Assembly (NCBI RefSeq): GCF_001194135.2
Contig: NC_068981.1
Location: 110,289,879 to 110,349,895 of the forward strand
DNA length: 60,017 bases
Reading direction: 5' to 3'
Source: Octopus bimaculoides
Lineage: Eukaryota
Every line of letters begins with the position of its first letter. The first letter of the stretch is position 1. The notes beneath the pieces were generated by a model. The model did no database searches and was not told the DNA's origin. It saw nothing but the letters and a program-made list of their open reading frames with translations. A program made the position numbers and the translations under genes. Of the stretch, positions 1 to 13,749 are shown in pieces.

Positions 1-720
1 GTACCATTGGTAGCTATAGGGTCACCCGAACATAACAGATGAGCATTATTTGTAATTCAACGGTACAACAGTGTAAGACTATCCTTTCAGATATACTTAC
101 ATTGTGATTTCTGCAATGCGGTGCATAAATTGTCAAGTAAATGAGACTCATCTTTGCCTACACTGATTCACTTGCAAAGTGTTGAGTAAAATTATTTCGT
201 TGTAGACCTCCTTTGAGTCTTTTTATTATCACTGCGACACATGTAGTCCCCAGTTGGTAACATTGATTTCAAGGCCTTCCCAGATGAGTGACTGATTGTT
301 CTAAGACATTTATTGATTGTAAATATTTTCTGCCCAGTTACCTATCGGTATAGTGATCATTTGCAAACTTCAGAGGCGACACTTTCAGTTCCCTTTACTC
401 CAAATGTCACACAATGTTGTTTCAATTGGGTCATGCCCTTCCAATTGCTATAGATCCATAATGCATCTTAAAGCTGTGCCTGTCACCTGTATGGTGAAGA
501 ATCCTACATTGGGGAGTAGTAACGACTAGGCTACGCTAGCTGACTAATTATTGTGATCATTCGTCTTTTGCTCTCCTGTAGCTTTGCTCTCTTTTACAAA
601 CCCAGTGAACATACATATATTTCCTATTTCAAAGAAATTCAAACAATACATATTACACACAAGTTAAAAAGATTCCCAACAATTAAACTTCTCTGGTTGA
701 CATTAATACACCCATCACCA

Positions 721-1385
721 ATAACTCCCACATTTTTCAGCTCCATGAGTTTCATTTTTCAGGAGCAAAATTCTTTTAGGGTCCACCAAAATTCTTTTAG
801 TGTCTTAGGCCCAAAGACTTTTTAACTTCCTGCATAGTTCGAGCCCACAGCAATATCATATCTCCTCCACTATTTCAGTATTACGTGTCAAAAGTGAAAC
901 AATAACATCACTCTACTGTAATGTCAGATACTTTCACTCTAACACTGAAACTATTCCACTATTTTAGTATTACCTGTCAAAAGTGAAACAATAACATGTC
1001 GCTACTGTAATTTCAAATACTTTCAATTTCATACTGAAACTATTAAAGTGAGACTATACTCTCACATATATACAGGCATACTATAAGGCCCAAGNNNNNN
1101 NNNNATTTTAGAGCTCCATGAGCTCCATTTTGCAGGAGCAAAATCTTTTTTACAGGTTCCAGAAGACTGAAATTTTGGAATTTACGCATAAAGATCAATA
1201 GTATGGGATACATGTCTCATGATTAGAATTTTTTTAGGGTGTGTAAAGAGGGAAAGAACCCTCATGTGCAATTTTGATGAAATTCGAATCATATGTATTC
1301 CAGTTCCTTACAGAAAATATAACAGAAAAGTCTCATTTTTCAATTGCATGTAACACAGGCAACGCCGGGTATCTCTGCTTGTAGA
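721..1385 (-). mobile_element. Non-autonomous Helitron/Helentron-like element fragment
   Basis: Terminal motif GGCAACGCCGGGTATCTCTGCT(TG)TAG at 1359-1385 is the reverse complement of ACTA..GCAGAGATACCCGGCGTTGCC. The same motif occurs at 42533 and 50150. There is an internal duplication (about 725-790 vs 1085-1150) and an internal tandem repeat. Left boundary not determined. Confidence 0.5.
866..1043. repeat. Two tandem copies of an 89-bp unit
   Basis: TCCACTATTT(C/T)AGTATTAC.TGTCAAAAGTGAAACAATAACAT... starts at 866 and again at 955. Confidence 0.9.
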
Positions 1386-1984
1386 TTATAAAAAAAAATA
1401 TACTTAAAAGTCTTGAAATAGTATGATGTTGGAATGTCCAGAAGATTTCATTATTAAGAAGAAATATATAGTAGAGGTTATAAGAGATGCACGAATAATG
1501 CCGATATAAGTGATGTTAAGGTTTGGTATTTCTTAGTCATTTTTATTAGTAGTAAATCTAGTCTTAAATATAGGATTAGAAATTCTATGTGGCACATTTG
1601 CTGCAGGGACAAATATATATTTTTTAAATTCTATTTATTTATTTGTGAGTAATGATCATTTTGAGGTTCAAAGTAGAATCAATCGTTTTTAGTTGTGAAC
1701 AGAAAATAAAGTCTCATGTTTATTTATCTCTGTAATACAATCTCTGAAGGATTGTATTTATAACTTTTGCTATAATTCAGTAAACTACAGGAGCATATAG
1801 ACCATTATTGGCTGTTTCATAAAATTAGTTTGAAGATAAAAAATTTAATTAAGAAATAAAGAAAAAGCAGTTGAATTAAAATAATATTCTCATCAATCAA
1901 CCTCTAATTTAATCTTCTTTGAAATCATTAAAATAACTTCATACATCTCTCTTAATTAGTCACATATAATAAAGAAATTAAGAC

Positions 1985-2410
1985 ACGGATAACCATGGCA
2001 AGAACGTCCATAGCAAAACTCTTAATAACATCTGTACCAGCCAAAAAGGCTAGAGTGAGTGTTTATTTGGCCAATAGGTATTTATGGCTGCAAAGCATGG
2101 ACTCTGAACAAATTTGAAGAGAATGTACTCAATGTATTTAAAATGTGGTTGTATAGGAGAATGTTATGAGTTTCTTACAAGGATCATCAGACAGATGAAT
2201 GGGTGTTACAACATGAAGGTGAAAGATGACAACTCCCAAACATTGGGAAAAAAACAAAAGCTCATCTATTACAGCCATATTCGAAGAAGCAGAAGTTTGG
2301 AAAACCTTACGCATGTAAGGCAGTAGATCAAGAGGCAGACAAAGAAAGCAATGGATGGATAATATCAAGAGCTATTTGGACAAGAGTGGCAAGGCAGCTG
2401 GAGAACTTGC
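1985..2410 (+). mobile_element. Degenerate BovB-like RTE LINE, ORF2 C-terminal fragment
   Basis: Hand translation gives YGCKAWTLNKFEENVLNVFKMWLYRRML*VSYKDHQTDEWVLQ and later RQRKQWMDNIK, matching the RTE motif YGCExWTL..FEMWxxRRxLRI. Stops and frameshifts present. Confidence 0.75.
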
Positions 2411-5400
2411 ACTTGACTTTTGTCATAGTATTATCAATGTGCTGTCAGCATGTGATATATGACAATGATGAATTTCCTTTCACTATGCTCTCACATTATA
2501 TATATGTTTGTTATATGGCCTACACTTGGTCCTTTTGATACTTTGATATTGTTCTTGCTTATTATTACTTTACTTGTCCTATAAACTGTGATTAGAGTTA
2601 GTATGAAGGTGGGGGAAAAACTGGGATAAGTTTGCCTTTGTTGAAAGGAATACTAATAATGAATTGAGATGAAGTCTCACAAAGTAGTTCTCAAACTCTA
2701 CAAAAAGAGATATCTATGTGAAACTATTAGTTGTTACTTAACTACTTGTGTGCTTCTAATCAATTCATGTCAAGGATATCACATTCTTGTAAAGAAGAAT
2801 TAAACTGTTCATGAGGCTTGGTGCACAAACACAAAACTTCTTGGTGAACTTAGAAACACTGATTTTCCATTTAAATCTGATGTAAATATTTCTCAATTAA
2901 AAAATTTTGCTATCATTTTATGGCCTGATTTTATTATTAGTTAAACACTGCATTCTGTCTGGATTTCAGTGTGTAGTAAATGAGGTGTGACACTAAAACT
3001 TCAGGTTTCCACTTTAATAACTATAAAGCTTATAATATTTTCCAGATTTAGATTAAATATTTGGAAATGTGTGCAATTTCAACAAAACTTATGTGTGGAA
3101 ACCTGACTATAGGATTGAAGTTAAAGCATTTGATTTCGTATGATAAACGTTTGACTGAAACCTTAATATTGCAAATAATTTTCAGAAAACAAGCATTTAA
3201 TACAAAGAAATCAAAATTATAATAATATATGTATTGTTATGGATGGAGGTGTATAGATGCATGTTATTGCAATCTGCTAATGTCTAGTTTTTCACCACTC
3301 TCTCTTAAGATTAATATTACAAAAATCAAGATGGTATTTTTTATTTTACCCTNNNNNNNNNNNNNNNNNNNNNNNNNNNNNNNNNNNNNNNNNNNNNNNN
3401 NNNNNNNNNNNNNNNNNNNNNNNNNNNNNNNNNNNNNNNNNNNNNNNNNNNNNNNNNNNNNNNNNNNNNNNNNNNNNNNNNNNNNNNNNNNNNNNNNNNN
3501 NNNNNNNNNNNNNATATATATATGCAGAGAAGCACATGCACACAAAATGTTGCTGAATAAGTTCCTAAATATAAAGAAAGCACTTATTGAATCTACAACC
3601 TTTTATTATAAGTTAATATTTTAAAATATTTTTGTTATTTAGTTAATGTCATTTCACTTATTGTTTCACTGGAGGCAAAATTGTGAACAGCATAACCGCC
3701 TATTTACTAAGAGCACTCAGTTGAATTAAAAAGTGGAGAATAAAATAAAGTTACTGACATCAGTGATTTACTTTACTTTTTTAAATCTTTAATATCTTAG
3801 AGTTTTACTTCTCCACATTCTGAGTTCAAATCCTACTTGAATTGACTTTGCATTTTATCATTCCAGTCTTGATGAATTTTGTAATAATAATACACTGGAG
3901 TCTTTTTCCCTCGTATTCTTTCTCCACAAAAATTAGTATTGCACTTAATCAAAAGAAATTAAAATTTGCTACTTTTGATTTGGTACAAAACTATCTTTGG
4001 AGGGGTGAAGTGTATTTACTTGAACTGTTCCTGGCTAATTCCTTGCTGTGGAAACGTTTACCATGCTGTAAACTGATGTTCATATCTTCATTCTGTGTCT
4101 GTGTATGAAGACACACCCACCCACACATGTAATTTAATGTATATTCATTAAACTAGATATCTAATTTAATGAAATGTCAAGCATAAGCCAATTATTCTCA
4201 AATTGATCCATTTCAATGAATATTTGTGATCCTCTATATTTCTTAAAGTATGTCTGTAAAATTTCTAATTGGCTATTTGTCAACATCATTCATTAGCTTC
4301 CAGATGTTCTTTTCATGTTTATTATTTTATTTATTTGCTGCTGCTGATGATTCAGTTAATTAATGACAATAATAATGCCACCAACATCTTCCGACTACCA
4401 TCTAAAGTAGATAGCATGCTGAATTTAATTGGATAGCTTATCAAAGAAAATCCTGAATATTGAAATATAAATGATTCAGCTGTGATGATGTCTGTATTTT
4501 GTGAGTTAAGCCTGAAAACAGTAATATGGCTCTAGAAATTTATAAGCTGATAATGTCAATTCTATCTCTAACCCCCTCCTTCCTTCTCTTTCTCATATCT
4601 TTCATTTAATTTTTATTTCAGTTTTTGTGTAATTCATTAGTGTTTTCCAACTATTTTAATTTCTTCCATGTTCCATTTCATATCCAGCTGAAAATAACTG
4701 ACTGAACATGTGCATGAAATTTCCATTTATTTATTTAAATTTTTATTTTATTAGTTTGAAATTTCTAACCTTACACTTTTTGTTAATTTGCTAGAGGACA
4801 TTGCTTTCAGTCTCTCAGACATACTATATGCCATAACCAAAAGTTTATTGCTATTTGTCATTTCTCTCAACCAATATATTTTGTTGTACCCCACTTTCTC
4901 TTTGAGTATATGTATGCATTTGCATATTTATATGAATGCATGCACATATTAAAGAAAATACTACAAAAAGAGACTTTTATAATCTATTAAAGCTGCTCAT
5001 CTTTTTAGTTGTTTGACATATTACAACTTATCTTTCATCATTTGGTAAGAATATTTATAAAAAATATGTCGATTTCTTATTTGAAATTATGAATAAAATA
5101 TCAGAAACCAGAAAAGTTGTTGAAAAGTAAAAAGTAAGGTCTGCATTTAAAAGAGTGTTTTGTAATAAAAAGGTGGGGGAAAAAAAATTGTAAATTGATG
5201 ACCGAAGTCTTTATGAAGTACATAGTTACTATACATCTTGCATTTCCAAACTAATTTCACCTGATTTTATTTGTAACTTTCAAGTTTAAAAAAATTTGGC
5301 TAATAGAACTTAGAAAAATATTTCAGCTGTTAGAGTTGCAGAGGTCATATATCTTCCTAAATCCTTTCATGCAAAATCAACATAATATGTTTAATGTAAA

Positions 5401-7496
5401 GAACATAGAGCTTGAAAATGTTACCAGAAAAAAATTAAATAGTAAGGGGAAAATAATATAATCTAATATAATTCTGAGTCTTTTGTCAACAATTCTGGAC
5501 ATGCTTGAAGTTTTATTAGACTGCCTCAGTAAAGTGTAAACTTTAGAAAATCACAAAGTAAATGTACAATAATATAGTAGGCATAGAAAAGTTAGAATTA
5601 TTTGGAAAATAAATTTACTCAGAGCTTTTATTCACATGAATTGTCCAATTTAAAGCTGATAAAAGAGAACTATTTGAATTAATCATAAATTTAACATTAT
5701 TATGGTATCTTTTTATGTTTCACTTGTTGGTTGAGTTAGAAACAGTATTTTCATGGACCACTTCACTTACAAGACCAAATATTTTCCTGCCTCAACTACT
5801 TCTAGTCTTTCTTGATTCTTGACATGTCTTTTTGAAATGAATCTTTTATCTTCAATTTTTAGTCTAAAGTGTTCTGTTGAATTCAGTCACACTGTACAAA
5901 AATTACTCCTTATGAATCAAACTTTCCCTTTGTGAAATTTCAGATATTTAGGAAGTTTAGTGTTTTAGGACCATGTTAGACAGGTTTTTAGAAAGGAAGA
6001 ATTTGTTCAAAGGAAAATCTGTGTGATGTTTCTCTCACATTTATTTCATTTATTAAAAAAATCCTTTATCGGGTTTCTTAATATTGCAGTTTGTTAAACC
6101 ATAACTCTTGAAAGTATGTTCACTAAATGTACAAAATGCTTAGTATTAGTTAGTTTTAACACCACCACCACCACCACCACCACCACCACCTTTGAGTAGG
6201 TGTCTCTGGTAGATTCACACATTGCAAGTATTTATAGTTGATCTCTCATTTGAGGATAACTCACAAACCATGATTTCTTCCTCTCTTTCTCCAGTCTCAA
6301 AGATCCTACACAAAGAATCATAAGCCCTGTTCTTCTTATTTTTATTAAACTATAGAAAGATTTTTTAAAATTTCACATCATTTATTATACATGCTGTACT
6401 TTTCTAGTTTCCAATGTTATTTATTCATATTATTTTTGATATTATAGTGGTGTAAGATTTTAACCTTGCATTCTTTGCTGTTATTATTTCAGAAATTTCA
6501 TACTATATAATGTAATTTTTGTAGTTAAAATGTGTGTTTTTATAAATATTTTTGTCTGTCATTGTTAATTTCCCTGCTCTCCATATCTTTAACTTTTACA
6601 AATGATGCATATATTTTTGGACACTTACTGATATGTTAATACATTCTGCCAGTCTTTTTCTTCTTTTAAGCATACATTATGTATAAAAGCATATTCCTCT
6701 TTTACTTCAATCTATAGAAACAACTTCCTCTCATATTATTAGTCATAGACTATATTTTACATTTAGGTAAATGTCCACCAGATGTGATCTTTTTTTACAC
6801 AGATGTCTACTTGCTATTCAGTATAAATCTTTTCACAGCAAGTACATATGTTCTGCTGAAATATTTAAAACAATCCACATGATTTCATGTTTGTAGGTTT
6901 TTTTTCTGATTAATTTGTCACACGTGTAAAAATTCTTGACACAAATATCATAATTCCAATTCATTGTATTTTATCTCAGAAAGAAAGAGTCAAGGATTTA
7001 AAGTCTTTGAAAAATAATTTTTTCCTAAAAATATTTTAATTCATTAAATATATTGAAACAATTACATTGTATAACTCCCATTCCCACTGCCACAATGTCT
7101 CATTCATATCAATGATATGTTTTCAAAATGTTTTTTTAATTGAACTTATAGCTAATTTAATGTAAGTTAAAACTTTTTAGTGGAACAAATACACAACATA
7201 ATTTATTATTTGTTTGTGCCAAACTTGAAATTAGCTTCAGAAAGATGTTTAAACTCAACAAAAATGATGCTTACACGTAAGGCTGAATGAACAACAATCC
7301 TTTTCCATAGTATATTGAATATTTAATGGTGTAAATTCCAACATAGCTGATGGCTTACACACAATAGTGTGAATTCTTTTAGTATGAGTAAACTGCAAAG
7401 AACTTATGATGCATTTCACACTTATCTCTTTCAAGTTGCTTTCTTGAGGATTGAATGAATAATTGGTGCAGGAAAATATAATTAATGATATTTAAG

Positions 7497-7870
7497 CCAA
7501 AGACTTGGCTGAATGATTAAAAAGTCTGCTTCCCATTTGGTTTCAGGTTCAGTCCCTGTGTGGCACCTTGACCAGGTGTTTTCTGTTATAGCTCTAAGCT
7601 GACCGAAGCCTTGTGAGTGGATGGTGTACAGAAACTGTGTGTGTGTATTTATGTCTGCTTGTCTTGACAGTATGTAATAATTGTATATGAGCATCAGTCA
7701 TACAAGTGGTGTAGTTCATTTGCAATCTCCTGTAAAAGCATTCAGTCTAAAGGAAGTATTACCTTACTTGAAATTTGATAAGGGCTGGTAACAGGAAGGG
7801 CTTCAGGCCAAAGAAAATCTGCCTCAATAAATTTCATCTGACCCATGGAAAAGTGAATGTTAAATTGACA
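7497..7870 (+). mobile_element. tRNA-headed SINE copy
   Basis: A-box-like TTGGCTGAATGATT and B-box-like GGTTCAGTCC head. The 3' end (AGGAAGGGC...AAATCTGCC...ACCCATG...GTTAAA) resembles the RTE LINE 3' tail. Related copies occur across the window. Confidence 0.65.
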
Positions 7871-9386
7871 AGGAGGAAGATAATTAAGTTTGCTTCTTAG
7901 CTCATGTTTTATGAAAGCATACCTTTCAAGCCTAACACTAAGATCTGTAGTTTAATGGAAGAATATATGTAATTCAATATGTTTAGTATGCTTGCTATTT
8001 ATAATTTTTTATACTTTGTTTTGTGTTTGTTAGAATTATTCAGTGTAAAAGTGAAATAAAATCTAACAGTAATTGAAAACAAAACATAGGACTCACAATG
8101 CTCACATCTACATCTAGCTTAAGGTACATTTTAAACTCAAATAAGTTGGGTGGTTTCGTTTTGGATGGAATAAGACTAAATGTTGTTTTGACAAGTGTCA
8201 AGCACTTCATTTTCTACTTCCCTAATAAGAAAAGAAATCAAGATAATAATAATAATATAAACTATGTTCTTTTTCTTTCTTTTTTTTTATGTGCGTGTAA
8301 CCATTATTTCTATTTTTAAATGCTAGATATTCAGTTTATTTTACTTAAGTAAGAAAATTTAGAATTGAAGACAAAAGCTGAATGACACTGAAATTTGAAA
8401 CTAATTAATTTAAAACAACTTAAGTTTTAACATATTTAATATCTCAGTTGCTTCTCTAATCTTGTTTCCTTGCTAATTCCACTTGTCTTCCATCTAATAG
8501 CAAAACTTACAATCAAAATTCAATTCTTGTTCACACTATTTATCCTAGAAATACTCTTTTCTTCAGTTACATGTTTAGTAACTGGTGTTGAATTTTTTTT
8601 TGGGGGGGGGGTAATTACAGCTGATTTATGTATTTGTTTTTCATAGAAAGATTAAGTGATATAGTAGCATAATTATGCTTGAGTGTTCATTCAAACATAC
8701 CCCACCAACCTTGTTTTTTTAACTCTTTCAAACTTTTTCATTCATTTTATAATATGATTTTATCGGTTCATATCTTATAATTTAGTTATACCAACTTTTT
8801 TTCCATCCTAGCATTTTTCATGTAAAGTATCTTCACTTTTAAATGGTATTTAAAATGATTTAGATTTTTCTATTTATACGGTTTATGTATATATCGATTG
8901 TATAGCTTGTATATCATGTGGCTTTATATTATGAAGACATTTATGACCACTTGTGAACTTGTTCTTTGTAAAATCTTTTACCTTTTTTACTTACATTTAG
9001 TTTCAGAAATTCATTTAAATTTGATATCCTTCATATTTCCATGTTTCCATCACATGATCCCAGGTCTTCACAATTTTTAATAATTTGTACATTTATACTG
9101 TTGACTCATTTTATATTTTATATATTTTTTTAAAAATTTTATCTTACCCCTCAAGTTGGTATCTCTCATTAGACATGCTTTATCTTTGTGCCAGTTCAAA
9201 ACTTCCTCTATGTAAACTAAAGTTTGGGAAGTATAGTGTGATTGATGCCTGATGAATGTATGTGAAACTATTAGTTGTGTGATAAGTACATGTGGTTGAA
9301 ACGTCTAGTAATATATATAAGAAGAAAAAGAAAATGGTGATTGAGTATTTAATAAATGTTTATTATTAATAACAAATCAAACATCC

Positions 9387-9470
9387 TCCCTTACAGCTGT
9401 TTCAATTAAAACTCAGTGAATTAATTGAATATTAAATTCATATGCCCTGAGCATAATATCTTCAGAGGGA
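9387..9470 (-). ncRNA. Type I hammerhead ribozyme motif, family A, copy 1
   Basis: Minus strand reads UCCCU-CUGAAGA-[long helix II: AUUA/UAAU, CUCAG/CUGAG, UGAAUU/AAUUCA]-GAAAC-AGCU-GUA-AGGGA. All core nucleotides present, 5-bp helix I, palindromic helix III ACAGCUGU. The 10.1/11.1 pair is U-U. Confidence 0.8.
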
Positions 9471-10130
9471 AAAACGATACCCTTGGATGTTTTATATATA
9501 TGTTCATGGAGACATTATATCAGACTGAATGTTACTGTTTATGATTTGTATTTTTATGTGTTCAGGTGAAGAGGTTGGTTGGAGATAAGCTAGAGTAGGT
9601 AAATAGAATTAGAGTAATAAATAAATTACCGTATTTGATGGTCTATAAGAAGCATGAGTGCAAAATAAATTACCACTAAAATAATGTTTTAATTTGTCCA
9701 CTTACCTGTATAACTTTGAGCCTACATTGAGTGCATTGGATGCAGGGTGATGTTTTAACCCATTTGGGGATTAAAAAAAAAGGTGTCTTATAGGCCATCA
9801 AATATGATAATTGAATAGAGATGATAGAGGGAATTTAAATATAGATATGGTAAGAATGTATTATATGTTTATAAGGTATCAAGTACACACACACATACAT
9901 TCATCCATACATCCATATATATATATATATNNNNNNNNNNGTTAGCCTCATGAAGGGATGATGTCATCCAAGGAAATACTGGTTCAATACCTAATATTTT
10001 GTGGGGAATTGATTTCCTTAAAGTAATAAGTTTGCATATAAACTGTAGTTTATACTTATGCAAAGGAAAAGAAGAAAATGGAGATTTTGAAGTTAATAAG
10101 AGTTTATTATCAGCAACTAACCGATCATTA

Positions 10131-10213
10131 TCCCTTACAGCTGTTTCAGTTATACGTAGTGAAATTAATTAAATATGATATTCATATTTCTGAGCATAAT
10201 CACTTCAGAGGGG
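10131..10213 (-). ncRNA. Type I hammerhead ribozyme motif, family A, copy 2 (core A9 mutated)
   Basis: Minus strand reads CCCU-CUGAAGU-GAUUAUGCUCAG...UAACU-GAAAC-AGCU-GUA-AGGG. Paralog of 9387-9470 in the same orientation, 744 bp away. Confidence 0.7.
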
Positions 10214-10369
10214 GAAAAATATACCCTTAAATGTTATGTATGTATGTATGTATGTTTGTTTGTAGATTCAGTACAGCAGACCTTTATTAACTTCAAAATC
10301 TCCATTTTCTTTTTCCTTTGCATGAATATAAACAAGTTTATATACAACCCCACCTCTCTCTCTTTCTAT

Positions 10370-11888
10370 ATCATCATTGTTTAACGTCCGCTTTCCATGC
10401 TAGCATGGGTTGGACGATTTGACTGAGGACTGGCAAGCCAGAAGGCTGCACCAGGCTCCAATTTGGCAGAGTTTCTACAGCTGGATGCCCTTCCTAATGC
10501 CAACCACTCCGAGAGTGTAGTGGGTGCTTTTACGTGCCACCAGCACGGGGGCCAGTCACACGGTACTGGCAACGGCCATGCTCAAAAAGGTGTTTTTTAC
10601 GTGCCACCTGCATGGGAAGTCAGTCCAGTGACACTGGCAACGACCTCACTCAAATGATTTTCTAACATGCCACCAGCACCAGTGCTACAAGGTGACGCTG
10701 GTAACAATTATGCTCAAATAGCACGGAAGCCAGACAGCTGCTCTGGCAATGAACATGCTTGGACAGTGCTGTTAGTGCTCCACTGGCACAGGTGCCAGTC
10801 ATCGAGTATGGTTCAATCACGATTTCGATTTCACTTGCCCCAACAGGTCTTCGCAAGCAGAGTTTAGTATCCAATGAAGGAGAGGTTGGCATGGATGCCA
10901 GTCATTGGATTCGGTTCGATTTTGATTTCAGATTTCAAATTTCAAATTTCATATTCACTTGCTTCAGCAGGTCTTTGCAAGCAGGGTTTTTAGTGTCCAA
11001 TGAAGTAAAGATATGAATAAGTGAGCTGGCTACACTTCCGGCAGAGATCACAGATTATGTTCTCACTTGCCTTGCCGGGTCTTCTCATGTACTGCATATT
11101 TCCAAAGGTCCCGGTTACTGGTCATTGCCTTGGTGAGGCCTAAAGTTCAAAGGTCGTGCTTCACCACCTCATCCGAGGTCTTCCTAGGTCTACCTCTTCC
11201 ACAGGTTCCCTCAACTGCTAGGGCGTGGGACTTTTTCACACAGCTATCCTCATCCATTCTTGCCACATGTCCATACCAGCGCAATCGTCTCTCTTGCACA
11301 TCACAACTGATGCTTCTTAGGTTCAACTTTTCTCTCAAGGTACTTACACTCTGTCGAGTATACACACTGACATTACACTTCCATCGGAGCATACTGGCTT
11401 CGTTTCTTGCAAGCTTACACATGTTCTCAGCAGTCACAGCCCATGTTTCACTGCCATGTAGCATGGCTGTTCGTACACATGCGTCATACAGTCTGCCTTT
11501 TACTCTGAGTGAGAGGCTTTTTGTCACCAGCAGAGGTAAGAGCTCTTTAAACTTTGCCCAGACTATTCTTATTCTAGCAGCTACATTTTCAGTGCACCCT
11601 CCCCTGCTACAAACTTGGTCACCTAGGTAGCGGAAGCTATCAACTACTTCTAGTTTTTCTCCCTGGAGTGTGGCAAAGGTTGTTTTCTATACATTTTCAG
11701 TGTTTATTGCTCCAGAGCATCTGCCACATACAAAAACTATCTTGCTAGTTAGCCTTCCTTTGATATTGCTGCACCTCTTATGTGTCCATAGCTTACACTG
11801 GGTACATCTTATGGAGTTTCTACCTACGCCTTTTCTACATATCGAGCAAGGTCATCTACCTGAAAGGGTTTGTGTTTTGCTTACCTGG
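10370..11888 (-). mobile_element. 5'-truncated RTE-clade LINE: PHD region, ORF2 C-terminus, repetitive 3'UTR and (GAT)n tail
   Basis: ORF 11147-11527(-) RLYDACVRTAMLHGSETWAV...RLRWYGHVARM...GRGRPRKT. Tail reads TCATCAT on + at about 10370. Matches other copies at 30519, 41677 and 57975. Confidence 0.9.
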
Positions 11889-11936
11889 TAGAAATAACAG
11901 CCAAATCTCCCTCAAATCACACCTTACTGTCTTGTG

Positions 11937-11969
<33 letters not shown>

Positions 11970-12462
11970 TAACAGTTCTTTAGCTTTTTGCATTTGGCGA
12001 CTGTTAGATAATAAGTTAGATAATCGTATTGAGCCCTCTACATATAGATAGAGGGGGACAGAGAGAGGAAAGAAGAGAGACAGCATAGTGATGGTTTTGG
12101 TTGACTGTCACCCTGTACTCCGCTTGTTGCCAGTAAAATGGTATGTGCCAGCTGTCTGAGCAACTCGTTGCTTTTAATGAACCGCATGGTGGAAGAAATA
12201 GGACAAAAAGATTACAAAAAATGGGATTCTCACTGTGAAACTGATAATTTTGAAAATGTTTTTAGATTACGGAATGCCCCACTCTCTCATGTATCCATGT
12301 TTAAAATTTCAGTGCAATTGGATGAACAATACTCGAGTTATAAGCACACAAACAGACAGATTTATATATATNNNNNNNNNNNNNNNNNNNNNNNNNNNNN
12401 NNNNNNNNNNNNNNNNNNNNNNNNNNNNNNNNNNTATATATATATATATATATATAAATATA

Positions 12463-13696
12463 CAGGGTGCATAAGATATTTGAGGACATATCTTTTTGGG
12501 GTCATTGCTGCATTTTTTGCTCACTCTATATAATCATTGTTTCAGAAAATAATAATGGTAGACCCTCAGCTTACTCAAGAAAGGAAGGTGCATGCTGTTA
12601 TTGTGGTTATAAAGGCTGTGCATAGCAATTTAGCAATATCTCGAAAGTTGCCAAATCTTTTGTCTATAAAGTTTGTAAGCAGCTAGAGACTGAAGATGGA
12701 AACGTATCACCAGTATCAAAGCATAAAGAGCATTCTAAACACTCTGAAATCATTAGAACATCTGAATTTATCCAGCAAGTTCAACAGACCATTGATTGCA
12801 ATCCCAGAAAGTCCATGAAGTCAATTACAAAAGATTTCCATGTGTCAGAAGGAACTTTCAAAAATGTTGCCCACAAAGACATCAGATATAAGTCTTGTAT
12901 GATGAGGAAAGGTCAATTTGTCAGAAAAAGCAAAAGAAAATCACTGGATCAGATCTAAAAGGCTCTTATACAAACTGAAAAATGCAGCAGAAGATTTGAT
13001 TTGGTTTTTCTCAAACGAGAAAAACTTCAACCAAGATCAAAAGTATTAACAGAAGAAATGACAGATGGTTATGTGCAGACCCTTCTGAGGTTTCAAGTGT
13101 TATGCATACAAAATTTCCTTTTATGGGTTGTCAGCAATGAATGACATGTGATGCCTCCTTCTTTCCACAAGGCCTTAAATTTAACTCTGCCGACTACATT
13201 GAGGTCCTGGAAATAGTTGTTAAGCCCTGGATAGACTGTGTATACAATGGAAGACCATATATGTTTCAGTAAGACCCTGTACTATCACACATGGCTCTAG
13301 TAACACAGGAATGGATGGCTGAAAATTTTCATGATCACATAACCCCTAACATTTGGCCTCCTAATTCCCTAGATCTCAATCCATTGGACTATTACATGTG
13401 GAGCACTGTTGAGAGAGAGGTCAATGAACACGCCTATAACACCAAAGGTTCTTTAAAAGCTGTCATAGTCAGAGTAATGTCCAAAATGAACCAGGACCAC
13501 TTGATTCAAGCATGTAGATGATTTAGATCTCATACAGAAGCAGTTGTTGAAGGTGAAGGTGGCTTTATTGAATAACATTATAGAAAAGAAGTTATATTTT
13601 TATCCTCATAGTATTTTTTGATAAATAAAGTTATCTGTTTTTATATATCTGTTTTTTATTAACATAAATTTGTCCTCAAATATCTTACACACTCTG
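12463..13696 (+). mobile_element. Near-full-length degenerate Tc1/mariner transposon, maT (DD37D) family
   Basis: TIRs CAGGGTGCATAAGATATTTGAGGACA (left) and CAGAGTGTGTAAGATATTTGAGGACA (right, reverse complement), flanked by TA. Transposase remnants FSNEKNF, MFQ*D and WPPNSLDLNPLD, with 37 residues between the second and third catalytic D. Confidence 0.9.
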
Positions 13697-13737
<41 letters not shown>

Positions 13738-13749
13738 GCACGCGCATAC
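13697..13749. repeat. (TA)(CA)n(CGCA)n microsatellite; one example of many (TA)n, (CA)n, (TG)n, (AG)n, (TTA)n and (CAC)n tracts
   Basis: Read directly. Others at about 6161-6190, 21469-21530, 27380-27421, 29955-30020 and 41035-41075. Confidence 1.

Noticed and set aside
7497-7560. tRNA gene (also at 19790-19850, 27020-27080 and 56150-56210)
   Set aside because: Only A/B-box-like SINE heads are present. No cloverleaf or anticodon arm can be drawn.
9566-9598. Possible micro-exon with good splice signals
   Set aside because: There are stops or the wrong end phase in the usable frames, it lies next to a repeat copy, and there is no homology support.
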